A stretch of 64,000 bases of DNA from Octopus vulgaris (taxonomy: Eukaryota): positions 64,480,001 through 64,544,000 of the forward strand of contig OX597830.1 of assembly GCA_951406725.2 (NCBI GenBank), written 5' to 3'. The first letter of the stretch is position 1. Each line of letters begins with the position of its first letter. Shown here piece after piece: positions 27,930 through 41,376 of this stretch. The notes under the pieces were generated by a model. It did no database searches. It had not been told where the DNA came from and saw nothing but the letters and a program-made list of their open reading frames with translations. A program made the translations under genes and the position numbers.

Positions 27930-27969
27930 ACTATCCGACGAACGGCAACGTGAAACTCAGAGTAACAGG
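27930..27969 (+). ncRNA. Degenerate hammerhead-like motif
   Basis: CCGACGA (U4->C), stem II ACG-GCAA-CGT, GAAACTCAGAGTA; stem I decayed. Confidence 0.4.
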
Positions 27970-28158
27970 TTTTGTTGAATTTTCTGCTGCTTTAAATAAA
28001 GCATATTACTCTACCACTGGTATTTGAGTACTCTTTTTTCCACCTTGTTTCACATTTATGTGTTTACTCCGGTATATATATATATATATATATATATATT
28101 AACGGATATATTCCATAGTAAAAGTTTAGTATACATACCTACTCGTGAGTGGATATGT

Positions 28159-28231
<73 letters not shown>

Positions 28232-28384
28232 TGTGTGTGTATGTGTGTGACCGAGAGAGATAGAGATAGAGAGAGTGTGTGTTTGTGCTTAAGTTTGTGT
28301 AGAAGAGAACAAGTGCGTGCACAGTGGGACAATAAAATGAAAAGAGTTAAGTTGTACAGGAAACGAAATATAGAAGGATATTAG

Positions 28385-28438
28385 CTCCACGACTGAATTA
28401 ACCGTTTCAAGTTCCACTTTGAATCGTCCTCAGGGGAG
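28385..28438 (-). ncRNA. Candidate hammerhead ribozyme (intact core, weak stem II)
   Basis: Minus strand CTCCC-CTGAGGA-...-GAAAC-GGTTAATTCA-GTC-GTGGAG. Confidence 0.45.
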
Positions 28439-28900
28439 ACGATACAAGTATCAGAATGGTATATGTGTTATACATACATACATGTGTGTGTGTGTGTATA
28501 TGTGTATGTGCGTACGTATGTATATCGTGTTATAGTATTGACGAGAGCTCGAAGAACAAGATTGAAACATTTAATTGAATTGGAAGCCGATATGCGAATA
28601 CAAGTAATTAAATTCCACATTGTTGTATATACTGAGGACTTTATTAAACCGTTGTCGTCTTAGTCTTAATCTTGAGGTGTGTGTGTGTGTGTGTGTGTGT
28701 GTCTGTGTGTGTGTGTGCGTGCGTGTGTGTGTGTGTGTATGTGTTGTATGTATGTATGCATGTATTTTATAGATTTATATCATACTTATATAAAAAAATA
28801 TATATACATACACAGATGCACAAACATACACACACATGCCTATCTATCTACGTACGTATGTATGTATGTATGTATGTACGTATGTACGTACGTACGTATG

Positions 28901-29182
<282 letters not shown>

Positions 29183-29306
29183 TAAATGTGTGTTCTACAA
29201 AAATATAGAGAAACCCATCATATTAATGTAATATTGGTTTTATTATAACCCAACATAAAAACAAATCTTACCATATGCAGACATAAATATTTCACATATG
29301 TATTCA

Positions 29307-29349
<43 letters not shown>

Positions 29350-29637
29350 GCACTTACGCATGTATATATAAAAAGAGAATAAGGATCAGAGAGAGTGGGG
29401 GTGGGGAGAAGAAAACGTAGGGCTATGAAAAGGGAGAAGCAAGGGACCTTTCAGTTGTCGGAGTGAAATATCGCAGTCTCGTGACTGAAGCTGTTCCTCA
29501 GCACATCTTAATCTCTCTTAATCCATTAATCACTGGGTCATTATGGCAGTCTAACTTAGCATTTGACCCAACAGCAAAACATTACCCGTTGTATTATTGT
29601 CATTCTTTCTCTTCGTCTTACTTTTTACATATGTATG

Positions 29638-29685
<48 letters not shown>

Positions 29686-30224
29686 ACACACATATATATA
29701 TATATATACACATATATATATATACATACATACACACATGCATACATACATATATGTACGTATGCATGTGTGTATATATAATTTATATATATATATATAT
29801 ATATATACACGAAATCATATATACGCAGACATGTAATCTCTATAGACACATACACCAAATACATAAGCACTATCCTATATACGCACGCACGCACGCATAC
29901 ACATACATACAAACACACATATGCACACTGCCCCTTCCCCCACCTCACACACGTTTAGCTTGTTTTAAAATTCCTGACCACCCATCACGTGGCGGATTGA
30001 TATCGCATTAATGAAATAGCTTCAACAGAGAAAGTGAAATAAATAATAAATAAGATAAAATGAAAAAGATAAAAGGTCGGTAAAAGGAAAAAGAAGGAAT
30101 ATAGAGAAAAAGGTTTATTATAATAGAATGTCATACACTTATTGATGAAAGGCGGAACGAAATGGCTTTGATAAACAAAGCCTGAAACCAAAATAACACA
30201 AAAGGTGATAGCACGAAATATTTA

Positions 30225-31630
30225 GCATAACTATGCTTGGCTTGTTATAACAGAATAGCGATGTGATATAACTACAGTTGACATGTTAAGACAGAAAAGC
30301 TGTGGTTGATTGAATTAAGTTTCACGGTTGAGTGTTTAAAACACAATATCGCTGTGGATTCACAAGACAACGTAGGTTATAATATAGATATGGCTACGGT
30401 TGGTTGGTTAAATCATGCTGTATAGTTTTGTATTAAGATATACAATGAGACAGAAAAGGTCTGATTGACTGTATTAAGTTTCACGGTTGACTGTTTAAAA
30501 TACAATATCGCTATAGATTCACAAGACAACGTAGGTTATAATATAGATATAGCTAAGGTTGGTTGGTTTAATCATGCTGTATAGCAGTGTATTGAGTCAT
30601 ACAAATAGTTGGTTAGATTAAAGCATATGTTTTGCTGGTTAAAACACAACATCAGAATAGAGGCTTTGATTAGACAGACTAGCTATGATTGGCTGCTTTA
30701 TACATGAATACATCAACTGTTGGTTGGTAAAAACATAACATAACTATGGTTGGTTTGTTAAGATATGCAAAAATTTTGGTTGGTTGGATTAAAGTATATA
30801 ATTGCCTGGTTAAAACAATACGCCATGGCTGGAATAGTTATGCTTCGTTAGATTAAAGCATAAATATAGCTACGGTTGGTTGATTACATCATAGATATAT
30901 ATCTGTAGTTGATTTGCTAAGATATGCAATATTTGTACTTTGCTGGATAAAAGTATATGGTTGGTAGGTTAAACATGATGTTATGTTTGGCTACTATGAC
31001 AGAATAGCTATGATTGGTTGAATGAAAGCATAGAATATACCCAAGGTAGCCTGGTTAAAACATGCGGTATATCTACAATTGTAATGACTTAGAATAGATA
31101 CGGCTGGTTTCATTAAAGCAATAAATATAGCTACGGTTGGCTGACTAAAGCATACGATATAGTCATAGCTGGTTTGTTATGACATTAAAAAGGCTATGGT
31201 TGGCTGACTGGATTAATGTATTCTTTTGGCTGGCTAAAACACTATATTGTTATTGTTCCAAAAGACATAATAGCTATGCCTGGCTGAATTAAAGTATAAA
31301 AATAGCCAGGTTGGGTTGGTTAAACCATGCGATATAACTATATTTCGCCTGTTAAAACATTGAATAACTATGGTAGGATTAAAGTATTAAAATAGCTGGT
31401 TAGCCGGTTAGAACACAATATAGCTTTGTTTGGTTTGTTAGCTCAAAACAGCTACGGTTGGCTGAAATAATGCATAAGTAGTCACAGTTGGCTGGTACCA
31501 CTCTACCATATTACTGAGATTAGCTTGTTACGAGACATAACACAGCGATGGTTCACTGAATCAAATATTCAATAAGCTGTAAATTTTCTGGTGAAAACAA
31601 ACAACAGTTGCGATTGGTTCATAGTATACA
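30225..31630. repeat. Ancient degenerate ~30-35-bp minisatellite array; resumes at 32200-32250 and 32560-32905
   Basis: Recurring ATAGCTA(T/C)GGTTGGTTGGTTAAAAC variants; contains a younger 159-bp duplication (30289 and 30448). Confidence 0.8.
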
Positions 31631-31649
31631 CGGTATAATATGGCAGGTT

Positions 31650-31694
<45 letters not shown>

Positions 31695-31815
31695 TATTGT
31701 TATATTTCGGAATGGTCATATTGCCAGTTTAGCCAATAAAAACACACGCACTATATATTTGGTGTCATTTTGCTTCAGTGATATTTATTTTTTACATTAA
31801 TCTTAATCTTATTTC

Positions 31816-31860
31816 GGCCAGAGTTCTTTCGTCACACTCCTGTGACCGCATCAGTGGTCC
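31816..31860 (-). ncRNA. Candidate hammerhead variant in a Penelope-like terminus (31695-31900)
   Basis: Minus strand GGACCA-CTGATGC-G-GTCACA(GGAG)TGTGAC-GAAAG-AA-CTC-TGGCC; A9 is non-canonical. Confidence 0.5.
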
Positions 31861-32209
31861 TTTGTTTTCTTCTTTCGTATTTGTGTCTCTCCTTACTAAC
31901 CGTCAGCCATTTTGTATTTCTATTGTATGTCTTCATTTGCGCATGCTTATATCTCTATGTGCGTCTATGTTTATTTAGTGTGTGTGTGGGGGGGGATGCC
32001 TGTAATATTTGTATCTTCTGTTTATATACATTCATGTAATTTGTATTTTGTTTTTGTTGTTGTTGCTTTTGTACTAATTTTGTTCATGTGTTTACATCCA
32101 CCCATTATTATCATTACATATGCTTGTATGTATGTATAACAACAATATTAGTAATAATAATAATAAATCTAATAGAAAAAAAAAAAAATATATATATATA
32201 TATACATAT

Positions 32210-32560
32210 AGAATGGCTGGTTGGTAAAAACCATACAAATTTGTTACGGGCACAGTCCCACTGTAAGACACCTTAAACGTTTTCTTCTCTGGCCCCCCAG
32301 GGCGACCAATGCCTTGTGAGTGAATTTGGTTGGGGAGAAACTATGCGGAAGCCTGTTGTGTATATTTATGTGTGTGTGTCTGTCTTTGGCAACCAAGATT
32401 AGTTTGTTTACGTTCTTTAACTTAGTGGTTCGTCAAAAGAAACCAATAGGAAAAGTACGTGACTGTAAAAAAACGTTCTAAGATTGATTTGTTCGATCAA
32501 ATCAATGAATGAAGTGTCACAGCTTGGCCGCAGTCCAATGACGCAAGTAGAAGAGAAGAT
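32210..32560 (+). mobile_element. Old SINE family A copy
   Basis: CAGTCCCACTG...GCCTTGTGAGTGAATTTGG...GGCCGCAGTCCAATGAC. Confidence 0.75.
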
Positions 32561-32813
32561 GAAATTTAATATAACTATATGGTCGCTATGGTGGATGATA
32601 AAATGTAGTTGTAATTAGTTTGATAAAATCATACTAATTTGTTACGGTTGGTTTGATTAAAACATATAAACATAGTCGTAGCTGGGTGGTTAAGTATGCA
32701 ACATAAAAATGGCTTGTTTGTTAAAATATGTAAATGCAATATAATTACAGCTACCGTGTTAAAACACACACACACACACACATACACACTCGCACAGACA
32801 CGCAGGCACGTGC

Positions 32814-32860
<47 letters not shown>

Positions 32861-33151
32861 AGAGCTATGGTTTGCTTGATGAAATACACTATAGCAATGA
32901 TTGGCCTCTATGCCTGAAGGGAATTTCAGTCTTGAAACTCTCATATTGTTGTCGACAGTAGTGGTAATGTAATTAACAAGTTCATTTCGAAAATACGATA
33001 ATTTGGGTTCGACTCCATAACGTGGAATTTGGACATTGAGACTGGAAAATGAAACTGCACCAGACAAGTCTTCACAATCTCAGAGAGTCCAAATATCCAC
33101 TTTGGCACAAACGCACACACACACACACACACACGTATGTTCCATTAAATG

Positions 33152-33460
33152 CAGTGCTTCTCAACTGGGGTCCATATAGCATTTTTGTGGCTCAACGTAA
33201 CAAAATAGTAAGTTAGGGTTAATATATTTTAAGGGCTCATGAAAATACCATTTTGTTGTATGTATTTGTACGTATTGTAAGAAACAGCTAGGTTTCTTTC
33301 CCTAACATCTTACATAGGCCAGCCTACGAAAAGCAAAATAGACATTTTAGAAGATGTTCCTATAAAACTATTTTTTAAAAATTGAATAGCCATAGGGGCC
33401 CACCAGAATAAAAAGTCATCAGCGGAGACATAAATAAAAAAAAATAGTTGAGAAACCTTA
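33152..33460 (+). mobile_element. hAT (Charlie/MER5-like) MITE
   Basis: Termini CAGTGCTTCTCAAC and GTTGAGAAACCTT; internally similar to 40059-41057. Confidence 0.7.
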
Positions 33461-33755
33461 ACCTTAATGTGTAGCTTGTATTCTCAACCTGGACCACAAA
33501 CACTCGACACATCTAACTTCCTAGAGGTCTTTAGCATCCAGTTTCTCTGGAAAAAGGTATTTTAGCAAACTAAGCAGGTAGAATCAGATATATAGATATA
33601 TCCTCCGTAGAACCAATATCAGCAGTGATGAATTTATACGATACAGACATACATTGCAAGAGGACTTGAGTATGTAGGGAGTACGTATCGCTTATGTCCA
33701 TTGTTGAATACGAGATAAAAATGAGGAAAGTGTACATCAAACACGCACACACCGC

Positions 33756-33786
<31 letters not shown>

Positions 33787-34295
33787 CATACATACATACA
33801 TACATACATACATACATACATACATACACATACACACAAGTAGCGTTCCAAACAACCACTAAGATGAAACGTAGGTTGGAACAAATACGATAAGCTTATG
33901 GTTATCGTAACCCGGAACCATGCCGTTGGGAAGGAAGCCTCATATCACACAGCCACATGTACGTATGTATGTATGTATGTATGTATGTGTGTATGTATGT
34001 ATGTATGTATGTATGTATGTATGTATGTATGTATGTGTATGTATGTATGTATGTATGTATGTATGTATGTATGTATGTATGTATGTATGTATGTATGTAT
34101 GTATGTATGTACGTACGTACGTACGTGTACATGCATATAGATATTACTTAGGACGATTTAATTGGTAAAACCGTAAGAAAAACCAAATTTGTTTGCTGTG
34201 TCGTTGCTCTGTCTGGCATTCATTTTCGCGCTGTACGCGCACGCATGCCTGTGTGTGTGTCTGTGTGTAACTATAGGTGTTCCTTCTCATCTCTT

Positions 34296-34331
<36 letters not shown>

Positions 34332-34489
34332 TATGTGTAGAGTTCAACTCTAAGTGTATATATACGTGTCTATGTGTGTGTGTCTGTGTATAGTTTTGAA
34401 TGTGTGTGTGTGTACATGTGTATTTATGTGTGTGCGTACAACTACACACCCATATATGTACACATACATTTGAGTATAAATATATATAT

Positions 34490-34577
<88 letters not shown>

Positions 34578-34710
34578 GATCTATCAATCAATCAGTCATA
34601 TGTATGTATGTATGTATGTATGTATCTATCTATCTATCCATCTATCTACCTACCTGTCTGACTATCTACTTGTCTACCTACATACCTACTTACCTACCTA
34701 CCTACCTACC

Positions 34711-34766
<56 letters not shown>

Positions 34767-35036
34767 CGTCCGTCCGTCCGTCCATCCATCCATACATCCA
34801 TCCATCCATCCATCCATCCATCCATCCATCCATCCATCCATAAATTAATATAAACAGTGTACGCAATGTGTTACCATAAAGAAAAACATAATTGTCATTA
34901 AATGTGACTAAGGGTGTCAAGACACCTACATTGCTGGAAATAAGAGGTAAAATGATCTAATCCTGTAGGAAAAGAATATTAATGTATACATATTACGCTC
35001 GCAATCACTCGAAAACACAGAGACACACGCACACAC

Positions 35037-35158
<122 letters not shown>

Positions 35159-35780
35159 TTGTGTGTGCGTGCATGTGTATATCAGTGTGTTTATGGAATT
35201 ACGAGTGTGTGTGTGTGTGTGTACGTGTCCGTTAGAATCAGCCTGACATTCTACTAGTTATAAAAAAAGGAAGGAAGAGCCGGCTGATTACTTTCGCTGT
35301 TAGCACCACCTCCCAACTCCCACTTACCACCACCACCACCACCACCTACACCACCACCTACACCACCACCACCTACACCACCTACTCCTCCTCCTCACTT
35401 ATAACAAGACAGTTGTCGTACTTTAGTCGGCTGGCAATGGTTTCCTGGGTTAGACTGCTGCATGGGTGGATAATCAGTACTATGTCACGTTTACGTAACA
35501 CATACACACATACACGTATGTACACTCACACTGACTCATATATATATATATATACATACACACAGACATTTATATATACAAATATATATACACATATATA
35601 CAAATATATATATATACGTATATAGACTTATATATATATATATATATATATACATATATATTCATATATACATATATAGACATATATATATACATATATA
35701 CATATATATATACTATATACATATATACATATATATATATACATATATATATATATACATATATATATATACATATATAC

Positions 35781-35817
<37 letters not shown>

Positions 35818-35818
35818 C

Positions 35819-35878
<60 letters not shown>

Positions 35879-35937
35879 TTATATACGTACATATAATATA
35901 ATGTGTGTATACATATACACACACACACACATGTATT

Positions 35938-35993
<56 letters not shown>

Positions 35994-36249
35994 CCTTGCT
36001 AGCTGCCACCCTCACTTCGGGCATCCAAAAGGTGATGAATGATATAAAGAACCAACCACTTCCTCTATAACCACTTCCTCTCTCTCTGTAACTGTCTTTG
36101 TTTCTCTCTCTGTCCGTCTGTCTGTCTGTCTGTCTCTCCCTCCTCCTTTTACCTTCTCTCTCTCTCTCTCTCGTCCTTTTACCTTCTCTCTCTCTCTCTC
36201 CCTCTCCCTCTTTCCCCAGTGATTGTAGCCCTATTTGTCTCTTGCCCTT

Positions 36250-36700
36250 GAGAACTTCAACGAAGCAATGCTGTTAACCTTCACATCAGGAAAACCCTTC
36301 AGCCATGTCTGGGTTACAAAATCCTCCCTGGTCTTTTTCATTTCTGTCTCCTCATCATCTTGGTTTGTATCATAAGATTCCGATCAAGATCTACTTTCTG
36401 TTGCAGGATGTAGAGACAAGACGCCCTCGCTTAACCCCATTCCTTCAACTCTACTGCACTTCTGAATTTGTTTTGCATCTTATATCATCAAAACACCCTT
36501 TATGTTCATCAATGACCTTCTTGGTGCTATTTGTAACCACACCTACTGCTATGAAGAGGAAGCTGCACTTGACGCCTTTTTAACCTTTTCCACATTCAGT
36601 GCCTTCTTAAGGTCACGTCTATGCAATCGAGACACCTTTCGCCATTGATAGTTCTGCTTACGTGAACAAAGATCGTGGAAAGATGCTCAACTAGGAACAT
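36250..36700 (+). pseudogene. Decayed reverse-transcriptase fragment of a CR1/Jockey-type LINE
   Basis: [20 protein letters not shown] (~LDISKAFDRVW) and PFMFINDLLGAICNHTYCYEEE (~LFINDL...YADD). Confidence 0.6.
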
Positions 36701-37059
36701 GACAGAAAACTGCTGAAATATCATGAATATTTATGTGACTGGTTAAGGAGGTAACTGCAGTGTTGTAGCTCGAAATGCTAGAAACAAGAACGAAATGCCT
36801 GGAATCATGATATGGAGTTTTTACAGATAATAACAAATGGAAAAAAACACATCGTGTATTGTATTTAGGAGGGTATATTATGCCTATAAATACAAGGCAT
36901 GACTGTGTGGTCACGGATGGAATGCCTTCGAAACAGGGCCAAATTCATGGTGGTAGTGTTGTTGGTGGGGATATGGAAAAAGGGTGTTCTTTATGCAAGA
37001 ATAGATATGGTCAAAGTGTTGTTTGGTTCGGAGAGCGGTGGACGAAAACAGAAGTTGGG

Positions 37060-37144
<85 letters not shown>

Positions 37145-38019
37145 CGGAGTGAAGGGGGACTTTGGGGCAGAATAATTGAAATATAATGTTGTTGAGTGGC
37201 GCCATCTAGATATGCACAAGCATCACATATCGGGAAAAAGTTTGAATAAAAATTATAGCCGTGTTAACATTGAGAAATAAGGGTTGAGATATTGGTATGT
37301 TAGAAGGAGATGATATATAGGGTTTAGGTTGGTCTAGAGTCCAAGGATTTTAAAGAAGAGGTAGGGAATATTCAGAGGATCTAGTTGTAGTTTAGGGCAT
37401 CTGGATTAGCGTAGAGGTTATCGGTGTGTTGTGGGATCATAATAACCCCTTGTCAGGTGATTGGTGATGTGGTCATGTTGCTTGCTACGAAGAGAAATCC
37501 CCTTTGGGTACTCAAGGGCCTGATTGGGGTGTTAAACAGAGCGACTTGATTTATCTATCACAAAAAAGGGTGGTGATCAACTACGCCATACACAGCAGGA
37601 GTACAATTGTTGAATGGGAGCCCACAGTCAAGCGACATGATAATTGTTCTCATGGCTTCTGCTCCTCCTAAAAGATTGGAAGTGTTAACATGCCCATGTT
37701 TTGTCTTGGTATAAAAGATGGGCTACAGCAAATATTCTGATCAAATACCACAGACCTGCTTGTCAATTGCTTGACCTTAACCACTTGAGCATATCCCTTA
37801 GTGGCTGACGATATGCGCATCTCCATCTCTGATCATGAGTAGGAGTAACGGGGGAGCATCATAGCGATGTGTTGAAAAGGGTTCTTTCACGTTTGAATAA
37901 TTAATCTCTGGAAACATGCGTGTTTCGTTCACCATCATTGAACAACCCTTATTCAGGGAACATTTGAGCAGGATGTGCTACTCAACCCGAATAAAATTCT
38001 AACTGGGTAGTGATGCATG

Positions 38020-38382
38020 TGCCTGGTGAACCTCTATCAGAGGGGTACTCATGATGGGTGTATTGGGTTTCGAATATTTGTACCCCAGCGTCACTTTGAT
38101 GGTGTATACTGTTCCCTCACGCAATAATGATAATCGTTTCTACTAAAGGCATTTTAGGGGAGGGACGAGTCAATTACACCGAACCCAGTGTTTCACCGGC
38201 ACTTAATTTATCGACCGCGAAAGGATGAAAGGGAAAGTCGACCTCGGCGGAAATTGAATTCAGAATGTAAGGACGGACGAAATGTCGCGAAATATTTTGT
38301 CCGACTTGCTAACCATTCTGCCAACTCCCTGCTATAAAAATAATAAAAATAATAAAAATAATAATAATAATAATAATAATAA

Positions 38383-38466
<84 letters not shown>

Positions 38467-38575
38467 GAGTGTACCCTTATCAGACGGGTAGTCATGATGG
38501 GTATATTGGGCTTCGTATATTTTACCCCAGTGTCACTTTGATGGCATGCACTGCTCTCTCACTCAATAATAATAA
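38020..38575 (+). repeat. Two copies of a retroelement 3' tail ending in (AAT)n (38020-38132 and 38468-38575)
   Basis: TATCAGA.GGGTA.TCATGATGGGT.TATTGGG.TTCG...CCCCAG.GTCACTTTGATGG duplicated. Confidence 0.7.
38135..38332 (-). mobile_element. tRNA-derived SINE family B (Meta-domain-like); another copy at 38618-38830
   Basis: GTCGACTTT.CCTTTCATCCTTTCG.GGTCGATAAATTAAGT.CC core on the minus strand; (ATT)n tail. Confidence 0.85.
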
Positions 38576-39110
38576 TAATAACAACAACTACAACAATAAC
38601 AACACCTACAATAATAATCCTTTCTACTCTCAGCACAAATCCAGAAATTAGGGGGAAGAGGATGAGTCGATTATATCGGCTCTTCCCCTAGTACGTGACT
38701 GGTACTTATTTTATGGACTCTCGATAAGGATGAAAAAAAAAAAAAAAAAAAAAAGAAAGCAAAGTCCACCTCGGCGAAACTTGAAATCAGAAATTAAGGA
38801 CGGCTGAAAAATGCTGCCAAAGCATTATCTACTAGCAACAAAAATCCTAGCTGACTGACAGCGCTGTTAAGTAGCAATCGAGGAAGAACCCGGCCACTTT
38901 GATAATATATAGCGTTCGTATATGCTGTCTACGTGATAACAATCACATGCACAGCAGTTCAACACATTGTTATATTGTTTTTACTTTCCTTTTCACAAAT
39001 AATTCGGCTTATTTAATCAGACAACCTTTAAATGTATTTTTTGCCATGGTAACAGTGATGTGGTTTTTTATTCATTGGTACTTACACGCAATACACTCTC
39101 TCTCCCACCC

Positions 39111-39159
<49 letters not shown>

Positions 39160-39462
39160 CACACACAAATATACATATATATACATACACACACACATAT
39201 ACATATATATATATACACACACACATATACACATACATATATATACACACACACATATACACATACATATATATACACACACACACATATACACACACAT
39301 ATATATACACACACACACACACATATACACATACATATATATACACACACACATACATACACACACACATATATATATATATATAGCAACGCTTTTAGCA
39401 CTTCATTCATAATTTTCTTTTCTACTTTATTGTAATATATACCCATAATTCTTTATTATTTC

Positions 39463-39600
39463 ACTTTGCTTCCAAACCACATGGTTCCGGGTTCAGTCTC
39501 ATAGCATGGCACATTGGGTAAGTGTCCTCTAGTACTGCCTCGGGTTGATCAAAGCCTTGTAAGTGGATTTGATAGATGGAAACAGAAAGAAACCCGTCAG

Positions 39601-39635
<35 letters not shown>

Positions 39636-39860
39636 TGTGGGTGTATGTTTTTGTGTCTGTTTTTGTCCCCCCCACCACTGCTTGACAACCGGAGTTTGTG
39701 TGTTTACGTCCCCGTAATGTAGTTGTTCGGCCAAAAAGATCGATGGAATAAGTTCCAGGCTTTAAAAAACGTACTGAGCTCGATTCATTCGGCTAAAATT
39801 CTTCAAGGAAGTGCCCCAGCATGGACGCAGGCTAATGACTGAAACAAGTAAAAGATAAAA
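39463..39860 (+). mobile_element. SINE family A, lacking the extreme 5' end
   Basis: Co-linear with 63123-63531. Confidence 0.88.
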
Positions 39861-40058
39861 AACAAAAGATATGTCTGTGTGCGCACGCGTGTGTACGTGC
39901 ATGTGTGTATATCTACGCACATACACACACACACACACATTGCATATATATTTGTATATCATGATCTATAGACGAGACAATATTGATAAACGGTAATCCT
40001 GCTCAATTATCCGATGGTCACACACTCCGACTTATGGGAGTCATTTGAGCATCTAATG

Positions 40059-41057
40059 CAGTGGTTCTCAATCGGGATTGATATGGCTGCTGAGCATCCA
40101 TAAAAGATTTGGGGGCGAGGTCCGACGCAGGAAAATAGTAAATTGGGGATCCACAATAGTATTTTGGGGATCCACAATAGTATTTTAAGGATCCCAGAAG
40201 AATCTTTGCCTTAGATGTATGTATTGCAAGAAACAGCTGGGTCTCTTTCTTTAATGTTTTACATCGTTCAACATACACAAGTTAATGTGTGAAGAACAAA
40301 ATAGGAATTTTGGAAAAAAGCTTCTATAAAATTAGTTTTTGAACCTGAAATCGCAATGGGGATTCACCAGAATAAAGTAGTAATCAGAGAAGTCCATGGA
40401 TCTTTTCGGTTTGACCGACAGTTTTTTCTAGCGGTGCCATATGAAATTGTCACCCATAATTATGACCCTAGTATCGATCTATTGCATTTCAATCTGTTTT
40501 AGGGTTAGGGTTACTTAGGGTTAGGGTTAGGGGTTGGGGGAAGGGTATCTTTTTTTCTTCACAAATAAACCCAATCTGTTTCTTAAACGTGGGACATATT
40601 CATACGGCACAGAATGTTTTTTACCTCAATAGACATCAGTGATTGGTTGATATTGCAGAAATTGAAGAAAAAAACAACAAATATCTTACAAACTATAGAA
40701 TTTTCTCAATAAAGCCAAGAGAAAAAGATGTTTTATAAACACATTCTACCAGTATACGAAGTTTACAATTTTTTAGTTACCTAGAAATTATGTTAAAAAC
40801 TGCCGTTCAAACCGAAAAGATCCGAGTCCATAAATATAAATGGTTGAGGACCCCTTTGTTTTTTGATGGATGTATTGATATGTATTGCTAGGTTTCTTTT
40901 TCTTTCTCAAACATTTTACAGAGTTCCACATTACACGAATTATTGTGAGAAAAACAAAATAGTAATTTTGGAAGAAAGTTTCTATAAAACTAGTTTCTAA
41001 ATATCAAATGGCTATGGGTGTTCACCGTAGATTTTAAAAAATGGATGAGAACCCCTG
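40059..41057 (+). mobile_element. hAT MITE with a duplicated 3' half and a nested insertion
   Basis: CAGTGGTTCTCAA...TGAGAACCCCTG termini; 8-bp flanks ATCTAATG/GTCTAACG (6/8, Charlie-like nTCTAnnn). Confidence 0.75.
40398..40823. mobile_element. Merlin-like MITE with internal TTAGGG repeats
   Basis: 29-bp TIR GGATCTTTTCGGTTTGA(C/A)CG(A/G)CAGTTTTT; 8-bp TSD AAGTCCAT/GAGTCCAT; GG termini; (TTAGGG)-like tract 40499-40540. Confidence 0.8.
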
Positions 41058-41297
41058 GTCTAACGATATGAACGTCAGGCTTTAATGCTAGCCGTGGTGA
41101 CGGTGGTGATAATAGCAGCAGTAGTGGTGACGATGGTGGTGGTGCAGGTGGTGAAGGTCGTAATGGAGGTGATTACGGTAGGAGCGAGGGTGACATTAAA
41201 ATTATGAAGGAGGAAATGCTTGATTTGACAGCCATAACGATGGTTGTAATGATGTTGACGACGATGATGATGATGACGGAGATAGCCTTAAATGCAA

Positions 41298-41298
41298 A

Positions 41299-41333
<35 letters not shown>

Positions 41334-41376
41334 AGAAGAAGAAGAAGAAGAAGAAGAAGAAGAAGAAGAAGAAGAA
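41298..41376. repeat. (GAA)n trinucleotide repeat
   Basis: Read directly; explains the poly-Lys ORF. Confidence 0.97.

Noticed and set aside
40499-40540. True telomere or chromosome fusion site
   Set aside because: Short, imperfect and internal to a TIR element.
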